Assembly (NCBI GenBank): GCA_048213135.1
Contig: PS015054.1
Coordinates: forward strand, 257,812 to 321,811
DNA length: 64,000 bases
Direction of reading: 5' to 3'
Origin: Reclinomonas americana ATCC 50394
Taxonomy: Eukaryota
The notes beneath the pieces were generated by a model. That model was not told the origin of the DNA and searched no databases. It was given only the letters and a program-made list of their open reading frames with translations. Every line of letters begins with the position of its first letter. Position 1 is the first letter of the stretch. Both the position numbers and the translations under genes were made by a program. Of this stretch, positions 10,806-25,200 are shown one piece after another.

Positions 10806-13800
10806 ATGTCTCTGGAGAGCCGCATTGATCGCTTCTGCAACCGCGATGCCACTGATGCTGAGCGCGACGCTGCACTGGAGCAAGTGGTCACTGGTTTGCA
10901 CCTCTCTCTTTCGTTCTGCAGTGTGCGTTGAAAGAGCACTGCTCATTGCGTCGTGCAGAGGTGCAAGGTGGCTCGCACAGCTTGCTGCAGCTCGTGCAAA
11001 AGATGGACGAGTACCTGACGAGCTTGAATGACGCCACGCGCAGTCGAGGTTTGACTTGTCTCTGTTGCTCACTTACTCATCTCCATCCAGCTCATCCCTT
11101 GGTGCATCAGCCACTCTGCTGCTGGCCAAGGTGTTGGAGCAAGTGGAGGAGGCGCGTCTGGATGCGGCCGCACGGCACTTCCTCACTGCGTTCTTTGTCG
11201 ATCGCCTGCACGACTTTCTGTGCCTCTCCGAGGTGATGGAGGGCCTGGCGGTCATCGGAGCGCGTTTCGGCTTTGGCAAGGACGCCGGCAGTGTGGTCAC
11301 GGGGTGCGTTGTTGCATTTGCTGTCTCGGAACCGGCGAGTGCGTCTTCTGATCCATGCGCAGTGTCTTTGACGAGGTCAACATCCGTGGCCTGTCGCAGC
11401 CGCTGCGCTTGCGTGTGTACCGCGTGCTGGAGATTGCAGTGGCGAAGCATCTGAGTGGTTTGTACTGTGATGTCGACGTGCCCTGCAGCTGCTGTTGCTC
11501 ACCTTAGGCACCCACACACACACTCGCAGAGCTGCAGACGGCCATGGGCAATCGATTTGCCGACGGCCTGCGACAGTGTGTGGAGAACGAGGCGGATCCA
11601 CGAAACCTTCGTGTGACGCTGTCCATGTTGTCTACCATGGTGCGGGCGTATGGGGAGGATCTGATGGACATTGCCGAGGATGTGTTTGAGACGGTGGCCG
11701 TGTACTTTCCCATTCAGTTCAAGCCGCCACCCAACGACCCACACGGCATTACACCGGACGCGCTCCAGCAGAAGCTGCGGTGAGACACTTGTTATGATAG
11801 GTGTGCTTTTTTGTGGAAGGCGGCTCTTCTCACGCATGCGCGCCAGCGAGTTGTACACGGATTCGTTTGCCATGGTGACGTACACGGTGCCATTCTGCCT
11901 GGAGAAGCTGGCGTCGATGGACGCGCACACGCAGGTGGAGAGTCTGCGCACCATTGTGTTGGCCGTGGAGAGGCACGGGCGGGCGGCTGTGCATGCGCAC
12001 CTGGCCGAGTTGTTCTCCTCGCTGCGTGCGGAGGTGAGGCTTGTGCATCCTTGGCTGGCGTGCTCTTTCCCACACTAATCACACCCCGCCATTCTTGTAT
12101 CAGCTGCTTCGCGGCACCAACGAACACGTGATGGAGAATGTGCTGCTCTGCTTCACGGCGCTGGCCAAGGCGCTCAGTGACGGCGGCTTCTCGTCGGCCA
12201 AGGAGTTGCGCGAGTGCGGGCTTTGTCGCTTGCTGATGTCGCTCCTCACACGTGCCTTGCAGTGGAGCCCTCCAGCAGTACATTGTGCATCCGACTCTGA
12301 TGCAGCTGCGCAGTCCCGACCACGGCACGGCACGCACCTACGGGCTGATGGTCAAGGCAGCCGCCAAGGCCTCGGGTTTGTGCACCCGCACGCATTGTAC
12401 ATATTGTTGCCACTGGTGATTGACGCGACCGTACGCACAGCGACGGCCTGTGAGATCATCTTGTCGCGTGTGGTACCGGAGCTGGCGCAGCTGTTCTACG
12501 AATCGGACGACGACTGGGAGAAGCGCGAGAGTCTCCTGCGCGTGCTTGGCGACTCGATTCAGGCCATTGGCATGATCGATACCTCGGAGGCCGATCGCCG
12601 CAGTGCGTCGTCATCTTTCTGACTCGATACCGTGCACTGATTGATTGTGCCGCATACTGAATTTGACGCCAAACAGGTCTCTTCCAGAGCTTCCAGCGCG
12701 CGGTGTTGGGCGTGCTCGATGCCGTCCTGTCGTTCTCGGCACCTCCGAATGTCTCCGTGCACACACTGCCGGCCATGACGTCCACGCACGCAGAGACCCT
12801 CATGTCGGGCACGCTGCAGCTCGCAGCGGTGACGCTGACGCTGGCTGGCGAGTCGGCCATTGATAACGACACGGTATGTGTGCATGTGCGGAGTGAGCGA
12901 TGAATCATTCGACTCACGGTGGCACGCGGCAGCTTCGATCCATCTTTCTGCGCGTGTGCTCGCTGTTGAACACTGAGCGCGTTTCCATTCGGTGAGTGCT
13001 CGATTGCAGTTGGTGCATGTTGTTCAACAGATGTGTGACGGCTGCTGCGCAGGGAGGCGGCGCTGGACTTTTTGCGCAAGATGGCGCACGTGTTGGAGAA
13101 TGTGGTGATTCAGGTGGTGCTGCCGCACCTCTTTCGGTTGTTCCCCACGGCAGAGTCGGATGGTGCGTGCCTGCGGTGCTTGTGCACCACGCTGTCGGTG
13201 CTGACGGAAAAACACGTGCTACAGATATCATCCGCTCGACCCTGCAGTCGATTGTGTACTTGGCCAACACGCAGCGTGTGTTCTCTCGCATTGTCGACGA
13301 CCTCGTGACGGTCATGTTGGAGCGCATCGAGGGTTGGTTTGCTTACTAAGCGCTGTCTCTCTCTCGGCGATCGTATTGTTGTAACACAAACCCAATCACT
13401 CACTGTGCAGCGATTGACGAGCGGTCTACATTCCTGTGCGAGAGCATTTGCCGCAAGCTGCGCCGCGTGATTGAGTTGCATCCCACGTGGCTCGCTCCCG
13501 ATCTGCGTGTCACCAGTCGCCTGGTGCGCACTGTTGTGCGTATTCACGATCAAGGTTTGGTGCAAAAAGTGGTAGCATCGATTGCACTCTTGGCGTGTTG
13601 CCCAGCTGACATGTGCGGTGCTGCGTAGGAGGCGCGTTGGAGCGATCGATGCTCGCATTGCTTGCCCCGCTGATTGCACAGAGCATGGCTGCACTGGACG
13701 GAGACGCACAGGTGCCGCTGGTGGAGGACTTTTTCAGTGCCGGGACCAGCAAGGATGTGCTGACTGTCACGGCGGCCGCCATGTGCGGGCTCCGGCGTGA

Positions 13801-15292
13801 GGTGCGATCGAGTCGAAGATATGAATTGTGTTGCCATGCCGAGATGCTGACCCGTCGTCACAGGAGCGCCTGTCCAACTCGGAGCTGGGACCCGAGGCCA
13901 TGTTGCAGATTCTGGTCATGTATGTGGCCGATCCGACCACGGGCGCCACTCAGCGCAACGTGTTCAGCCAGACCGTTGCCGCCATTCTCAACAAGGCCAT
14001 CGTTCCCGGTGAGTGTACTGTCGCGCTGGTTGTGTACCATTTGTCGGTGTTGCTGATCTGCACCCCCGCCCACAGAGGAGCAAACGGGTCACGGTTCGGA
14101 GTCGTTGCTTCCGGGCGTGCCGGGCCACGCCAAGGAGACATTCCGCATTCGCCTGTCAATGGTGGCCGGGGAGGACGAGCCAGCCGACGATGATGTGGAG
14201 CATCTGGTGGAGGTCATCAAGTTCATTGGCTGGGTTCGTATCGCGTATGCGTCTGGCGAGTCGTTCGCTCTCTCTGTTGCTGACAGCGTGTGGTGCAGAT
14301 TACTCGCGGCTTGTGCATGTGTGGCGATCGTACCGGCATTCTGCGCAACTGCATCGACCTCGTCATGCAGGTGCTGCACAGTGTGCTGAGCGTGCCACAC
14401 GCTGGCGTGCGCAATCGGGTGCGTGGTTGCGCCAGTTCCTCTCTGTGTTTGCCTGAAGAGAATGCAAGTGCATCACTGACGCCCCTCGTGCGCGCAGTTG
14501 TCCAATGCGGCTGTGGAGTTGTTTGACTTTATTCCCAGTGAGTCTGACTCATTCGCACTGACGGCAAGCATGCATGCGGTGATCAAGGTACACGTGTTAC
14601 TTTGGCTGTCTTGTTCGCCTGCAGTACTGCTCAACAATGGCTGCAGAAATTCTGGCGGCAACGCTTCTACCAAATGGTGTTTCCGCGTCTGGACGAAATG
14701 TACCAGAGGCTGTCGACGGACCCCTCGTCGGGCGACTCTGCCGACTACGTACTGGCGGCGACGGCGTACGTGATGCGCTCTGTGCCACTCGATGTGTACC
14801 GACACGATTTGAAAAAGGTAACGAGAGCTGTCGCACGACGGCCACCTCTCTGTTTGTCAACACTTGTTGCACACAGGTGTTCCCACTGCTGCTTCGTGCA
14901 CTCTCTGCCGACGGCCATCACAACACGAGGCTACTGCGCTGCGCGCTGGAGTTGCTCAAGACGCTGTTGGAGAAGCAGGCCAGTGCCGCCACGGGCCACT
15001 TGCCGTCTCTCGTGTCGCTGCTGGTACCGCTGCTTGGCAAGGGTGTGCCAACGGTACGTCTCACTCTGTCAAAGTCGTGCTGGTGCCGCCCTGCTCACTT
15101 AACGCGCAGAGCTGTCGCATCTTCACGGTGGAGTGCTTGGAGACGCTGTGCACGCTGCCGTTCCATGCCGTGTTTCCCTTCCGCGAGCAAGTCACTACCG
15201 CGCTGCGCGACGTGCTCGACGATCCGCGTCGTGTGATTCGAAGAGCCGCCAGTGACGCCAGAAATCGCTGGTTCCTCCTCGGTGCCACATGA
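10806..15292 (+). CDS. MMS19: MMS19/MET18 HEAT-repeat protein (CIA Fe-S targeting complex), about 20 introns
   Basis: LLQLVQKMDEYLT; FFVDRLHD; VENEADPRNL; EDVFETVAVYFPIQFKPPPNDPHGIT; WRQRFY; VLDDPRRVIRRAASDARNRWFLL. Confidence 0.93.
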
Positions 15293-15471
15293 TGGCTACG
15301 ATGATGATGACGATGACGGTGATGATGGATTGGTGACAGTGTCTCCTAATGCATTCGCAGTTACATAAGTCGTTGTGTCTGCGTTTTCATTGGCACATGC
15401 GGATGGGGACATCACAGCTGTGCCTTGCTACTTGTGCGCACTGGCACTGGCACCGTCATCACCAGTCATCA

Positions 15472-16529
15472 TCACATTCTTCGTCGAGATCCGCAGGATT
15501 CGATCGAGGGATCTTCTGCCCGAGTTCGAGATGACCGTCGAGCAGGGTCGTCGTCAGCAAGTACAGTCGCGTCAGCCCTCGGCTCGCTGCATCATGTGGA
15601 TCAGACACCAAGTGCACGGTGAGCATTCGTTGTCGCTCACCACTTACTTTCTGAATCAGGGGTACGCATCTCGACAAGAGCATCGACACGGCGCTTGAAG
15701 ACGGCACGCTGCAAGTCTGTCAGTTGCTCCCCACACTCGATCGATGCGCGCATAATGGCCTCTTGGTGTGGCAGAGTGGATTCGTGCAACGGGGGGACTG
15801 CATGGTAGTCTCTGTTTCAGCACGCAGACTGAGCTGAGCTTACGAAAGTGCATGCAAGCTCAAACTTTTTTCGGATCCGTTTAGCGCATCGCTATACCAA
15901 GCCATCAGCTCGCCCACCATACGGCGCGGAGGAGCTGATTCGACTGGGCATTGGCGCAAGATATCGTCCAAGCGCTCTCGGAACATATTAAACAGACAAA
16001 CAGGAAGACCGTCAACCTTCGCCAGTTCGCGAACAAACTCACACTCGACGAGCAGCTGTTCGTCAGAAGCTTATCAAGTGCACGATAAGGGTGTGAGAAG
16101 AATAGAGGGAAGGATGCTAAGCTGGACGCAGTGCTCACCAGACACGACATCATCGATGTCAACAGTGCCTGCGCACGTGATTGTCAGCGATCAAAGGAGT
16201 GCCAGCAGAGCAGCGAGTGCGAGCTAACCGAGACCTCCCGCAACACGGCGGAGCACTGCGTCAAAGAGGGTCTGCAGAGTGCTGCCAACGAAAACAAAGA
16301 GCACACGAATCAGTGTTGCCTGGATCCGGACCAGTACGATGGCGGCAATCGCGTAATCCAGCGCTCTCTTCTGTTCCTCCGTTGTGTCGCAGTGGTCGCG
16401 AATCGTACAGAGTGTCTTCTGCAAGGAGAGGAACGATGGGTGTGCGAAATCACATGCAGGATGAGGCTTGTGTAAAACCTTGTAATCGACAACTGATTCA
16501 TGCGGCACGGCAAAAGTCGATGAGGCCAT
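15472..16529 (-). CDS. Hypothetical multi-exon protein
   Basis: Exons joinable via GT-AG introns: MASSTFAVPHESVVDYK|KTLCTIRDHCDTTEEQKRALDYAIAAIVL|TLFDAVLRR...LLVECEFVRELAK... No recognisable domain; ends approximate. Confidence 0.45.
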
Positions 16530-16696
16530 CTTGAACACGAGCACGCAGCAGTCAAGTCGCACACACACACACACACACTCTCTCACTCTCTTCTCAAGGC
16601 CAAGATCCAGTCCCGAACATCATGAATTGGTCGAGCTCGGGCGAAATGAACTCACCGGACGATGCAATTGCCATACCAACAATGTACTCTCAGTTA

Positions 16697-19085
16697 TTAA
16701 TCAAAGTCGGCGTCGGGATGCTGTCGCACCCACTCCTGGATCGTGTTGCGCAGTGCAATGTTGGGATACAGCACCTGCAGAGATGCGGAGAGTGAGCGAC
16801 GATGATATAATCATCACACACGTGAATAATGTGTACCTTGGAGTCGAGAGGCAAATTAGTTTTCGGGCTCCTGCACACGACACGGACTGTTACAAACATG
16901 GCACATGGAGCAACACAGCGCAGATGGGGTGAGCAACCCACCGATTATTCCTCGCCAACCAGGCCTCGATCTGCGCCCGCTCATACGTGTGTCTGCGGCA
17001 CGCACATGTCAGTCGACAGGCAGGCAAGCAAAGCAAGCACTATACGACAGACCCGTCGCTGCATGTGACTGGATCTTTCATGATCTGCGCACAGAGCGGC
17101 AGTCAGATAAGGAGTCACGCAAATACACACCACAAACAAGCGAGCGTTGCATGTACGGTACGCACTTCACGAGTGATGGCACAGCGGAACTCGTCGGGTA
17201 CAACGGGTCGTGCTGGTGGTGGTGGCGGCGGAGGCGGTGGTTGAGGCGCTTGTGCCGGCCGTGGTGGCTGCGATGGTGCTCGTCGACCAGCACCCGGATC
17301 AGGAGCAACAGATAACAATGCGGCGCCAGCCGGCGCGCCCGGTGGACCCGGCGGACCAGGTGGAGCATTGGCTCCGTTCTGCGTCCCGACAGTGAGAAGA
17401 GAAGAGAAAGCAAGCAAGCAAGCAGTGGATGGAGCTCTGAAACTCACCCGATGACTCGGAGGCGGTCCCAGCACAAGTGGCGCGGCGACGGCCGCCGGAC
17501 CCAAACCGGCCACTGGCACTGGATTGACGTACGCAGCACCCTGAGGCGGCGGTAGCACTTGCACCTGCGCCACAGACGACCATGAGCCCACATTTCAGTG
17601 CGTTGTGTGTGGTGGTGGCCTGAGAAACGCAGCGCAACTCTGTAGTCCGTGTTGGGGAAGCGATACGACGGTTCAAGCATCTGGAACGACACGATTTTCT
17701 TGTACTGGTCGGGCACCTGTGTGTGATCACGCAGCCGATGAGGGGACGGCGTCCACCGATAAAGACCAGCGCAAGACTGCAAGACCTCCATGAGCGCCTG
17801 CTTGGCAAACTCAATCTCGATTTTCTTGCGCTTCTGACGTGCTTCCGCTTTGCATTTCGCGTGCTCCACAAACTGAACGACTCGTTGAGCGGTGCGCACA
17901 TAAATGCGGACCTTGCGTGCACACAGAGGGAACACAAATTACGCACCTGAAAGTTGTCAAACTTTCGTGCCGGCAGGCCATCGTCAAAGTCGTTCATGAT
18001 ATCCCACGGTCCGTCACCAACACCAATGCACACGATAGAGAGCGGGTATTTGGTGGCTGTCGGATCTCAACGCGTCAACACCGCAGCGGAGTGCACAACC
18101 GTAAAGCAGACAGAGGCAAACCTTCCACAATGGCTGCGACGGTCTCCTCCACGCAGTCGACCGCACCTGCCCGAGAGCACATCAGTCAGCACACCGGAGA
18201 AAACAATTCACAGCTTCGCCATCCCCACCCCACCACTGTACCGTCACATATGATGAACAGGATGGAGTATCGTCGTGTGGCACGGATAACGTCCAGCGCG
18301 GCGTAGATGGACGGCGCAAAGCTGGTCGGCCCAAACATGGTCACATCGCGAACGACCTGTGCGTAGCGCTGCATGATCTCCGGCAGACTCGAGCATGGTC
18401 GGCGATCCTCTGTCAACGAGAACACGGCTTTCGACTGCAGCATGCCAACACACACATTCTCAGGAACGCCGTCACATGCGATGCGCTTGTGTAAGGAAAA
18501 CTCACCCCACTGCGCCGATCGCCAAAGCCGAACACAGTGATGTTGGAGGAGGCCAGCGGCAGCGATGTGCTGAGCGCACGAATCACCTGAGAGCATCGGC
18601 GAGTGAGACGGAATACAGGAGGCGGACAAGGTGCAGTCGCTCTCCGCAGCGATTCACCTCTTGATACGGATTGAGCGGAGGATCGAGATCGTCCTCGGCA
18701 GCCGGCTGAATGAGATGGAGACTCTTGCCACCAAACGTGCGCTGCCCGTCTGTGTGTGCGTATGCACATGCGTGTGAGTGATGCAGGCACCCTCAAAAAG
18801 CGGGCAGCCGTTGTCGGCATGCAACGACGCTCCGCAACTTCCCGAGTTGGAAGCCGTAAAGTCGATAGAGAGGAAGAGGTCGGGAGACACGTTCATCGTG
18901 CGCAGCTCATCCTGAATGTCAGTGAGATCCTTGAAGCGATCGCGAATCAAATCACGATGTGTCGCCGTGCTGTGTGCACACACGCACGCAGTGAGTGAGT
19001 GGGAGGCGAGCTAAGCAAGCCAGCGAGCGTGAGCGATGGAGGCAGACCGGACGAGTGTCGGCTGCTGCGATGAACAGCAACCCAT
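16697..19085 (-). CDS. RGLG-like copine (vWA) protein with C-terminal U-box; N-terminal MGCCSS acylation motif
   Basis: SIDFTASNSGNGQRTFGGKSLH; NPYQEVI; FGFGD; GPTSFAP; ICDG; YPLSIVCIGVGDGPW..FDDGLPARKFDNFQ; ALMEVPDQY; U-box [57 protein letters not shown]. Confidence 0.92.
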
Positions 19086-19232
19086 TCACAGCACAAACAA
19101 CACAAAAACCTCTCGGAGGACGCACAAGGGACGACTTACTTCTTCTGATATTCGCTTCCGTTTTTCACTTTCTCTTCACGTTGTTGCCGTTGCGTGTGTG
19201 ATATATGCGTGAGTGTCCTGGCCGTGGCTACG

Positions 19233-22200
19233 CTAATCAAAGGCCGGTGAGAACGACGAGCCACTGGCACCCTTGTTGGCGGCGGCACTGAGACGCTCGA
19301 CCAGCTGCTGCGACAGCTCCTCCAGCTCCGTCGGTGACAACGTCGACTGCAGCTGCTTGATTACTCGATCAACGTGCGACACTGCAGAGGACGACGGTAA
19401 GGAGAGGGGGTGACGAGCAACAGAGGCGCACGTGCAGAGCGCGCAACATGCACTGGACGAGGTGGGTTGCAGGCGGCGCTGTGCATGCATCACCGAACAA
19501 AGTCAGCGATATTGTGCAATCCGCCTATGCACCCATGCACACACAAACACAGAAGCAAGCACGCGACAACGTACCGTATTCAGCTTCCGGCGCAGCTGCT
19601 CCGGCAAGCAGCCCTGTGCCGCATCGACAAAATCTTCCATACCGCGGCCGACGCGGTACGCCACGTCACGGCGCCAGTGCTCCCACGTCTCACAACGACC
19701 CCAGAACTTGGTGATGACGGTGACAATGTCTTTGAAGTAGGAGGCGTGGGGGCTCTTCGTTTTCGCCGTGCGGATGATAGATTCGTACATGTCCCGCGCC
19801 TGTTGCAGTTGTTCGGCCTCGGATCCCTCCTGCGTTCGGCGATAGAAGCCCTTGTCAGGCAACAACAACAACAACTTGCACTGGCCGATAGGCATGTACA
19901 GCTGACAACACGCACCCGATAGGTTGTCAACTTTGTCAACAGACCAGCCAGTTTTGCCGAGGTCTCACGGAACGCACTCACTGTGTGAAAGAACGGCCAA
20001 CGCGTGAATGACGGCAGCCAACGGTCACCAGCGTTGAAAACGAAAAGGGAAAGACTACGCAACCAGGGCCCCAGCGACTGCGCAGATCATACGACAGCTG
20101 TGCGACAGCGGCATCCTTGGGCACTAAGATGATGGAAGCAACACACGTGAGGAGACGAACACGCGAGGAACCAAAGAAAGGGTGAACAATACCAGAGGCC
20201 GGTCGATCAGGACCTGGCATGCCCAAGTCGACACGAGCGTTCTTGACGCGTTTGATGAGACTCTTTTGAGTGGTTTTCACGGAGTCCTCGATGCTGCGCA
20301 TGAGCGGCTGCATTTGCACCTGGAACACGCGGCTCAACTCGGCCTGCACGGACGACAATTGTGAGAATGAGTGTTGATCACAGGCTCGAGAGCGCAGCAA
20401 CGCACCGCTGCATCCTTTGATGCCTTCTCCATGTTGTGCTGTGCAGACATGCAAGTGACACGTGAGACTCGCAAGAAGGGAAGCAAGCAGGGAGACGTCG
20501 CTTACCGATGCCGGTCCGTGTCTTTTGATAAAGTGCCCATTGAGCACCGCCACGGCTTCGATGAGCTGTTCCGCAGCGCATGAAGCGCAGAGATGAGGAA
20601 GTGCTTGGAAGCAGACAGACTGCACTCGGCCACACTAACCGCAGCCTTCATGGCCGGCGCGACAGTTGGCCACGTGCACAGCTCGGTCAGATGCGTCTGC
20701 AGCTTGAACACGCCTGTGTGCGCGTGCGCGCGGCAGTGAGTGCGTGAAGCTGTCGACTGCAGAACCACACCCGGCGTATCGAGCCTACCAGCATCCACCA
20801 GAACCTGCTTGGACACCTCACGGCTGAAAATGTACTGCATGACATCGGCCATCGAGCGCAACACTTGCGGTACCGACTCAGGGATCGGCACCGACAAGAA
20901 CGCTCTCTCCACGGCATGCATCAACTGTGCCCATGCGCCCACCAGCGGTGAGCATTCTACCAATGACGGGTCACAATTTCCTTCCGTCTACACACACATG
21001 CACACCTGCTCAATGTCCACCATGCCCTTGTCGAGCTCCTGTCGGTCGCTGCGCCACCAGCGCGACATGGTGCTGTGCACCGGCTGGCGAATGCTCTGTG
21101 TGTGCGCAATGTATAAGTATCATGGCAGCAACACACAGGGCACACTTATCGCGGACGTACCGCCAAGCTGGTGTCCAGCGCCGCACCAAAGTACTGCTCG
21201 ACCTCGGTCATCTGTTTGGCAGCTCATTTGTGAGCATCATCGAGACAACGCACGAGCATATTCTCGTCTCACAGCACCATCTTCATCATTACGCCGTTGA
21301 TCTTGCCGTCAATGCGTTCCACCTCCAGTGCGCGTTGGATAAAGCCGTAGCGCGACTCCGCCATCTCCGCGCATTGCTTCGACTGCGTGTCGAGCATGTC
21401 ATCCAGCAGGCCTTCTCGCAGACACAGGTCACGAATCGATCGTGTGTAGAGATCGAGGTCTGCCGTCGCGCCAAAGCGCAATCGGTACTTGGCCAGCAGC
21501 ACATCGGCACACACGTAAATGTTCTCAATAATCTGCACTTGGCCGGGTGAGACATGGAGGGAAAACAGAGACTGGTACAAATACTTACGCACCGGAACCG
21601 TGATGCAAAGCAACTGCATGGCGAGAGAAGCATTAGCATTGATCCCAACAAGTGGACACCAATAAAACGCAACGCGAGAGTCCGCATCGGCGACTCCATA
21701 CTTGGTCAGCGTCTGCGTCTCCTCCTCCATCAACCAGTGTCGCTCGCCGAAATCCATGTCCATCATGCCGTGCACGCGCACCGACCGAGTGTGCGTTTCA
21801 CGATCGCGCAGCTGGCGATAAAAGGCGAGCAAGTTATCGACGCCTGCAGAGCACAGGTGAGGAAGGAGCTGGGGAGAAAAGAGTGTGACAAGGGAAACAC
21901 CCCGAACCGCCGACATTGATGATCTGGAACTCGCTGCCGAGCATGGCCGTGTACAACTGCGCACAGTTGTGAGATATCACGCTTCACGGCAACGATGGGG
22001 GACACAAACCTCCTCATCGAGGGCGGGAGTGGCATCGACGCGAGCCGGCTCAATATCGTCCGGATCAAACAACGTATCGCGTGACGTCGGTGTCGTCGCA
22101 GGAGCCACGTGGAGACCGCGCTCGCCTTCCACCAGCAGGAACTGTCGACGGAAACCCTCCACGCGAACCAGCATGTCTGACACGCGCACACAAACGCAAA

Positions 22201-25200
22201 AGGTAAGTTCACATATTTGCTCCCGCAAGAACATCGCCACCAGAAACACCATACCCAATCGCAATCGCTCGCGTGAAGCTTCGCCGAAACGAGAGACGTG
22301 CACCACTTCGCGCATGGCCTGTGTGCAACGCATCAGTGACTGAGCTGGAGAGACGAAATTAAAAGCAATGCCGGCAGTCACCTTGATGCTGGAGGTGTCC
22401 GTCGGGTGAATGAGCACTGCAGCAACGAAACAATCAGCAGGTGTCGACAGCACACGAGATGAGTCGCCGCAACACGCAACTGACGTGAGCTCCCGGCAAG
22501 ATGGCGAATGCGTCGCAGTGAGTGGCAAACACAAAGAAGCATTTCGGTCGCATGAGCATGAGCTGTGCGGCAGCAGTGAGCGGGGGAGGTGTCGACGATG
22601 ACCAACAAATGCAAGTGTGCACACCCGTCGGAACATGTCCACTGCCAGTGCGGTATTCTGCACACACGGCAAAAATGATGAGTTGAAGGGCAGCCACGAG
22701 TAACAGGAGTCCCTCTACAGACTCACCAAGTGCGCCTCTGGTTCCTCCACGAGGAAGAGAACCATGTCGTCCTGCACGGCAGCGAGTGTGAATCAGATAA
22801 AAACACACGTGAGGATTGAGATATGGACTGAACAAGCAGAAACCTTGTTCGTGTTCAGAATCTCCCACAGGGTGGACACTGCACTCGAGCTTGAGAGTAG
22901 CACGACAAGGAAGACAAGGAGACGACAAAAGACACCACGCACCAATGGACCGTGTGCCAGAGCTCATCTCTTCAATCGACGTCATGGGCGTCAACTGGCA
23001 AACGCCATGCGCCGCCGGTCAGTCCATGTCACACAAAGATAACAGCAAGCTCGTGACACGCACCAGATTGGCACTGGCCGGTAGCAAGCCTACTCGACCT
23101 TCGCGCACCGCAAACAGCATGTCCGGCCACAGCGGGTTGATCGAGTTGAGCTCGTCGATTACCTGATCGCCCTCCGCAGCCCAGCGACCAAACACCTTCA
23201 GTTCGGAACTCGTGAGATCCTCGACCCTGGCTCCGCGCTCGGCACGCAGCATCAGACTGCGATGGCCAGGCCAGTCGAGCCTGTGCAAGAAAACACAAGC
23301 ATTTGAGAGGGCCAGGGCGACCAGCAGCACAAGACACAGTGCCCACGCAACTGCTTCAGCAGCAGACTCTTGCCGCTACCGTTGCTGCCGTACAGCGACA
23401 CACAGCTGGCTCCCGAGGCGTTGGCGTTGAACTGGAACATTGCCGGCTCCGAGTCGGAGATGCTCCAGGAAAACGTCGGCTGCGCAGAGCACGAGTTAGG
23501 ATCGGTGCACAGATGAGCACAACGAATGCATGACGCACGTGGGCACGGAGCTCCAATCGCAGCATGTCCACACGGAAGACGCCAGGTTCCGCCGCAATTG
23601 GAGTGAACCAGATGCGGTCACGCTCAATGGCCTCCTCGCGAATCTCCACATCGGCTGCACGCGGTAAATCGTGAGCGCGAGTGAACAGGAGAGGCAGTTA
23701 GGTCACACGAGCAAACGAACCAAATATGAGCGGATACTGCATGCGCCATTCGGGTCGCGTGCGCTGCGTGAGCATGGCCATGCCGACTGCATATACAGAT
23801 GCACATCGTTAGATGCATACAACTGGCGACAGGTAAGCAATTGCATGAACTCACTGCGCTCGTGGAAAAAGTCGGCCGGCGACACCCCCACCGGCGGCAC
23901 CACCTTCCAGTCGGCGTTTGCCGGAATCAGAGTGGCGCCCTGGTACAACACTTTGAAGCGCGTGGTAGCGATGCGCGAAATGCGGACGTCGGCGGGACTC
24001 AGCGCCAGCGCCACCATGTGGCACTGCGGATCATTCAGCAAGAATCGTGCGACGTCGGCCGACGGATGGCTGCAAAAGTAGGCGTTGATGGCCGGCGAGA
24101 GGATCACAAAGTGCTGCGAGGTACATCGACCGACGAGTGAGTCTCTGGTGGCGGTGCAGCGGAGGGCAAATGTGGCGTACAAACCTCCTCGGGCGAGTCG
24201 TACGCCAGCACGTCGTTGATGAGGCGCAACCACGGCTGGAGCCAGTCGCGCTGACGTGTCAGCTGCGCCGCACTCGCCAATACCACTGTCCACAGCTCCT
24301 CGGGTGGCTATGCACAGACGGAAACAGTTAATGAGATAGATGGAGGTGGAGGGATCGCAGCGGGGGAGGAATGAGCGGAGACAAACCACGCTGGTCAGCA
24401 GCAGACTGATGCTCTCGTCGTCAGCCACAACGTCCTCCTCCTGCACTGGAATCGGTCGCGGCGGACTGCCAGCACCAGGTGCAGCGGCAGCAGACAAACT
24501 CGACGCGCCGCCCGTCACCGTGAACACGTGCTTCATTTGGCGGAACAGGTCGCCCAGCAGACGCGCTACCCCCAAAAGATAACAGAGTCAGCGCAATGAC
24601 CACCAACTCACGCTGCTGCGTTGCCATACAGACCGGGGAGTGCCGACGCCGGCTCGCCAAAGGCGCGCAGCACCAGAGACACCATCGAAACCAAGGTCTT
24701 CAGCGGCAGCTTATTTCCCGGCAGCACACGCAGCACGTGCGCCGCGGCCACGGCCGCCAACGACATTTGTGGACGGCGCTCCCTGTGGCACACAGCACTC
24801 ATAAACACACACACACACACGCAGAGCAAGTGCACGCCACACAGGCACCCTCACTTGAGTTTCAGCGGATTCAGGACCTGCTTGATCGCCTTGACAACAG
24901 CAGCCGAAATGTGCTCGGCACTGGCATGCGCGCCCGGCGGACCGGCCTGCAACGAACAACACACACACACACACATAGGTCACTCATCCTGCATCTCTCC
25001 TTCTTCCATCATACTACAAGCACGCAACCACTGAGCGGCCGTCACCATCAATCAGCGCACGCAGCTGCTCAGCCGACAGCGTCGTGATCCTCGACAATTG
25101 TTCCTGTGTGGTGGGCCAACACATCAGTGGAAAAGCCAGGGACGAGACACCAGCGAGAAACACAGTCAGTCTCACCTCAGACACGCTGCACAGCTCACAC

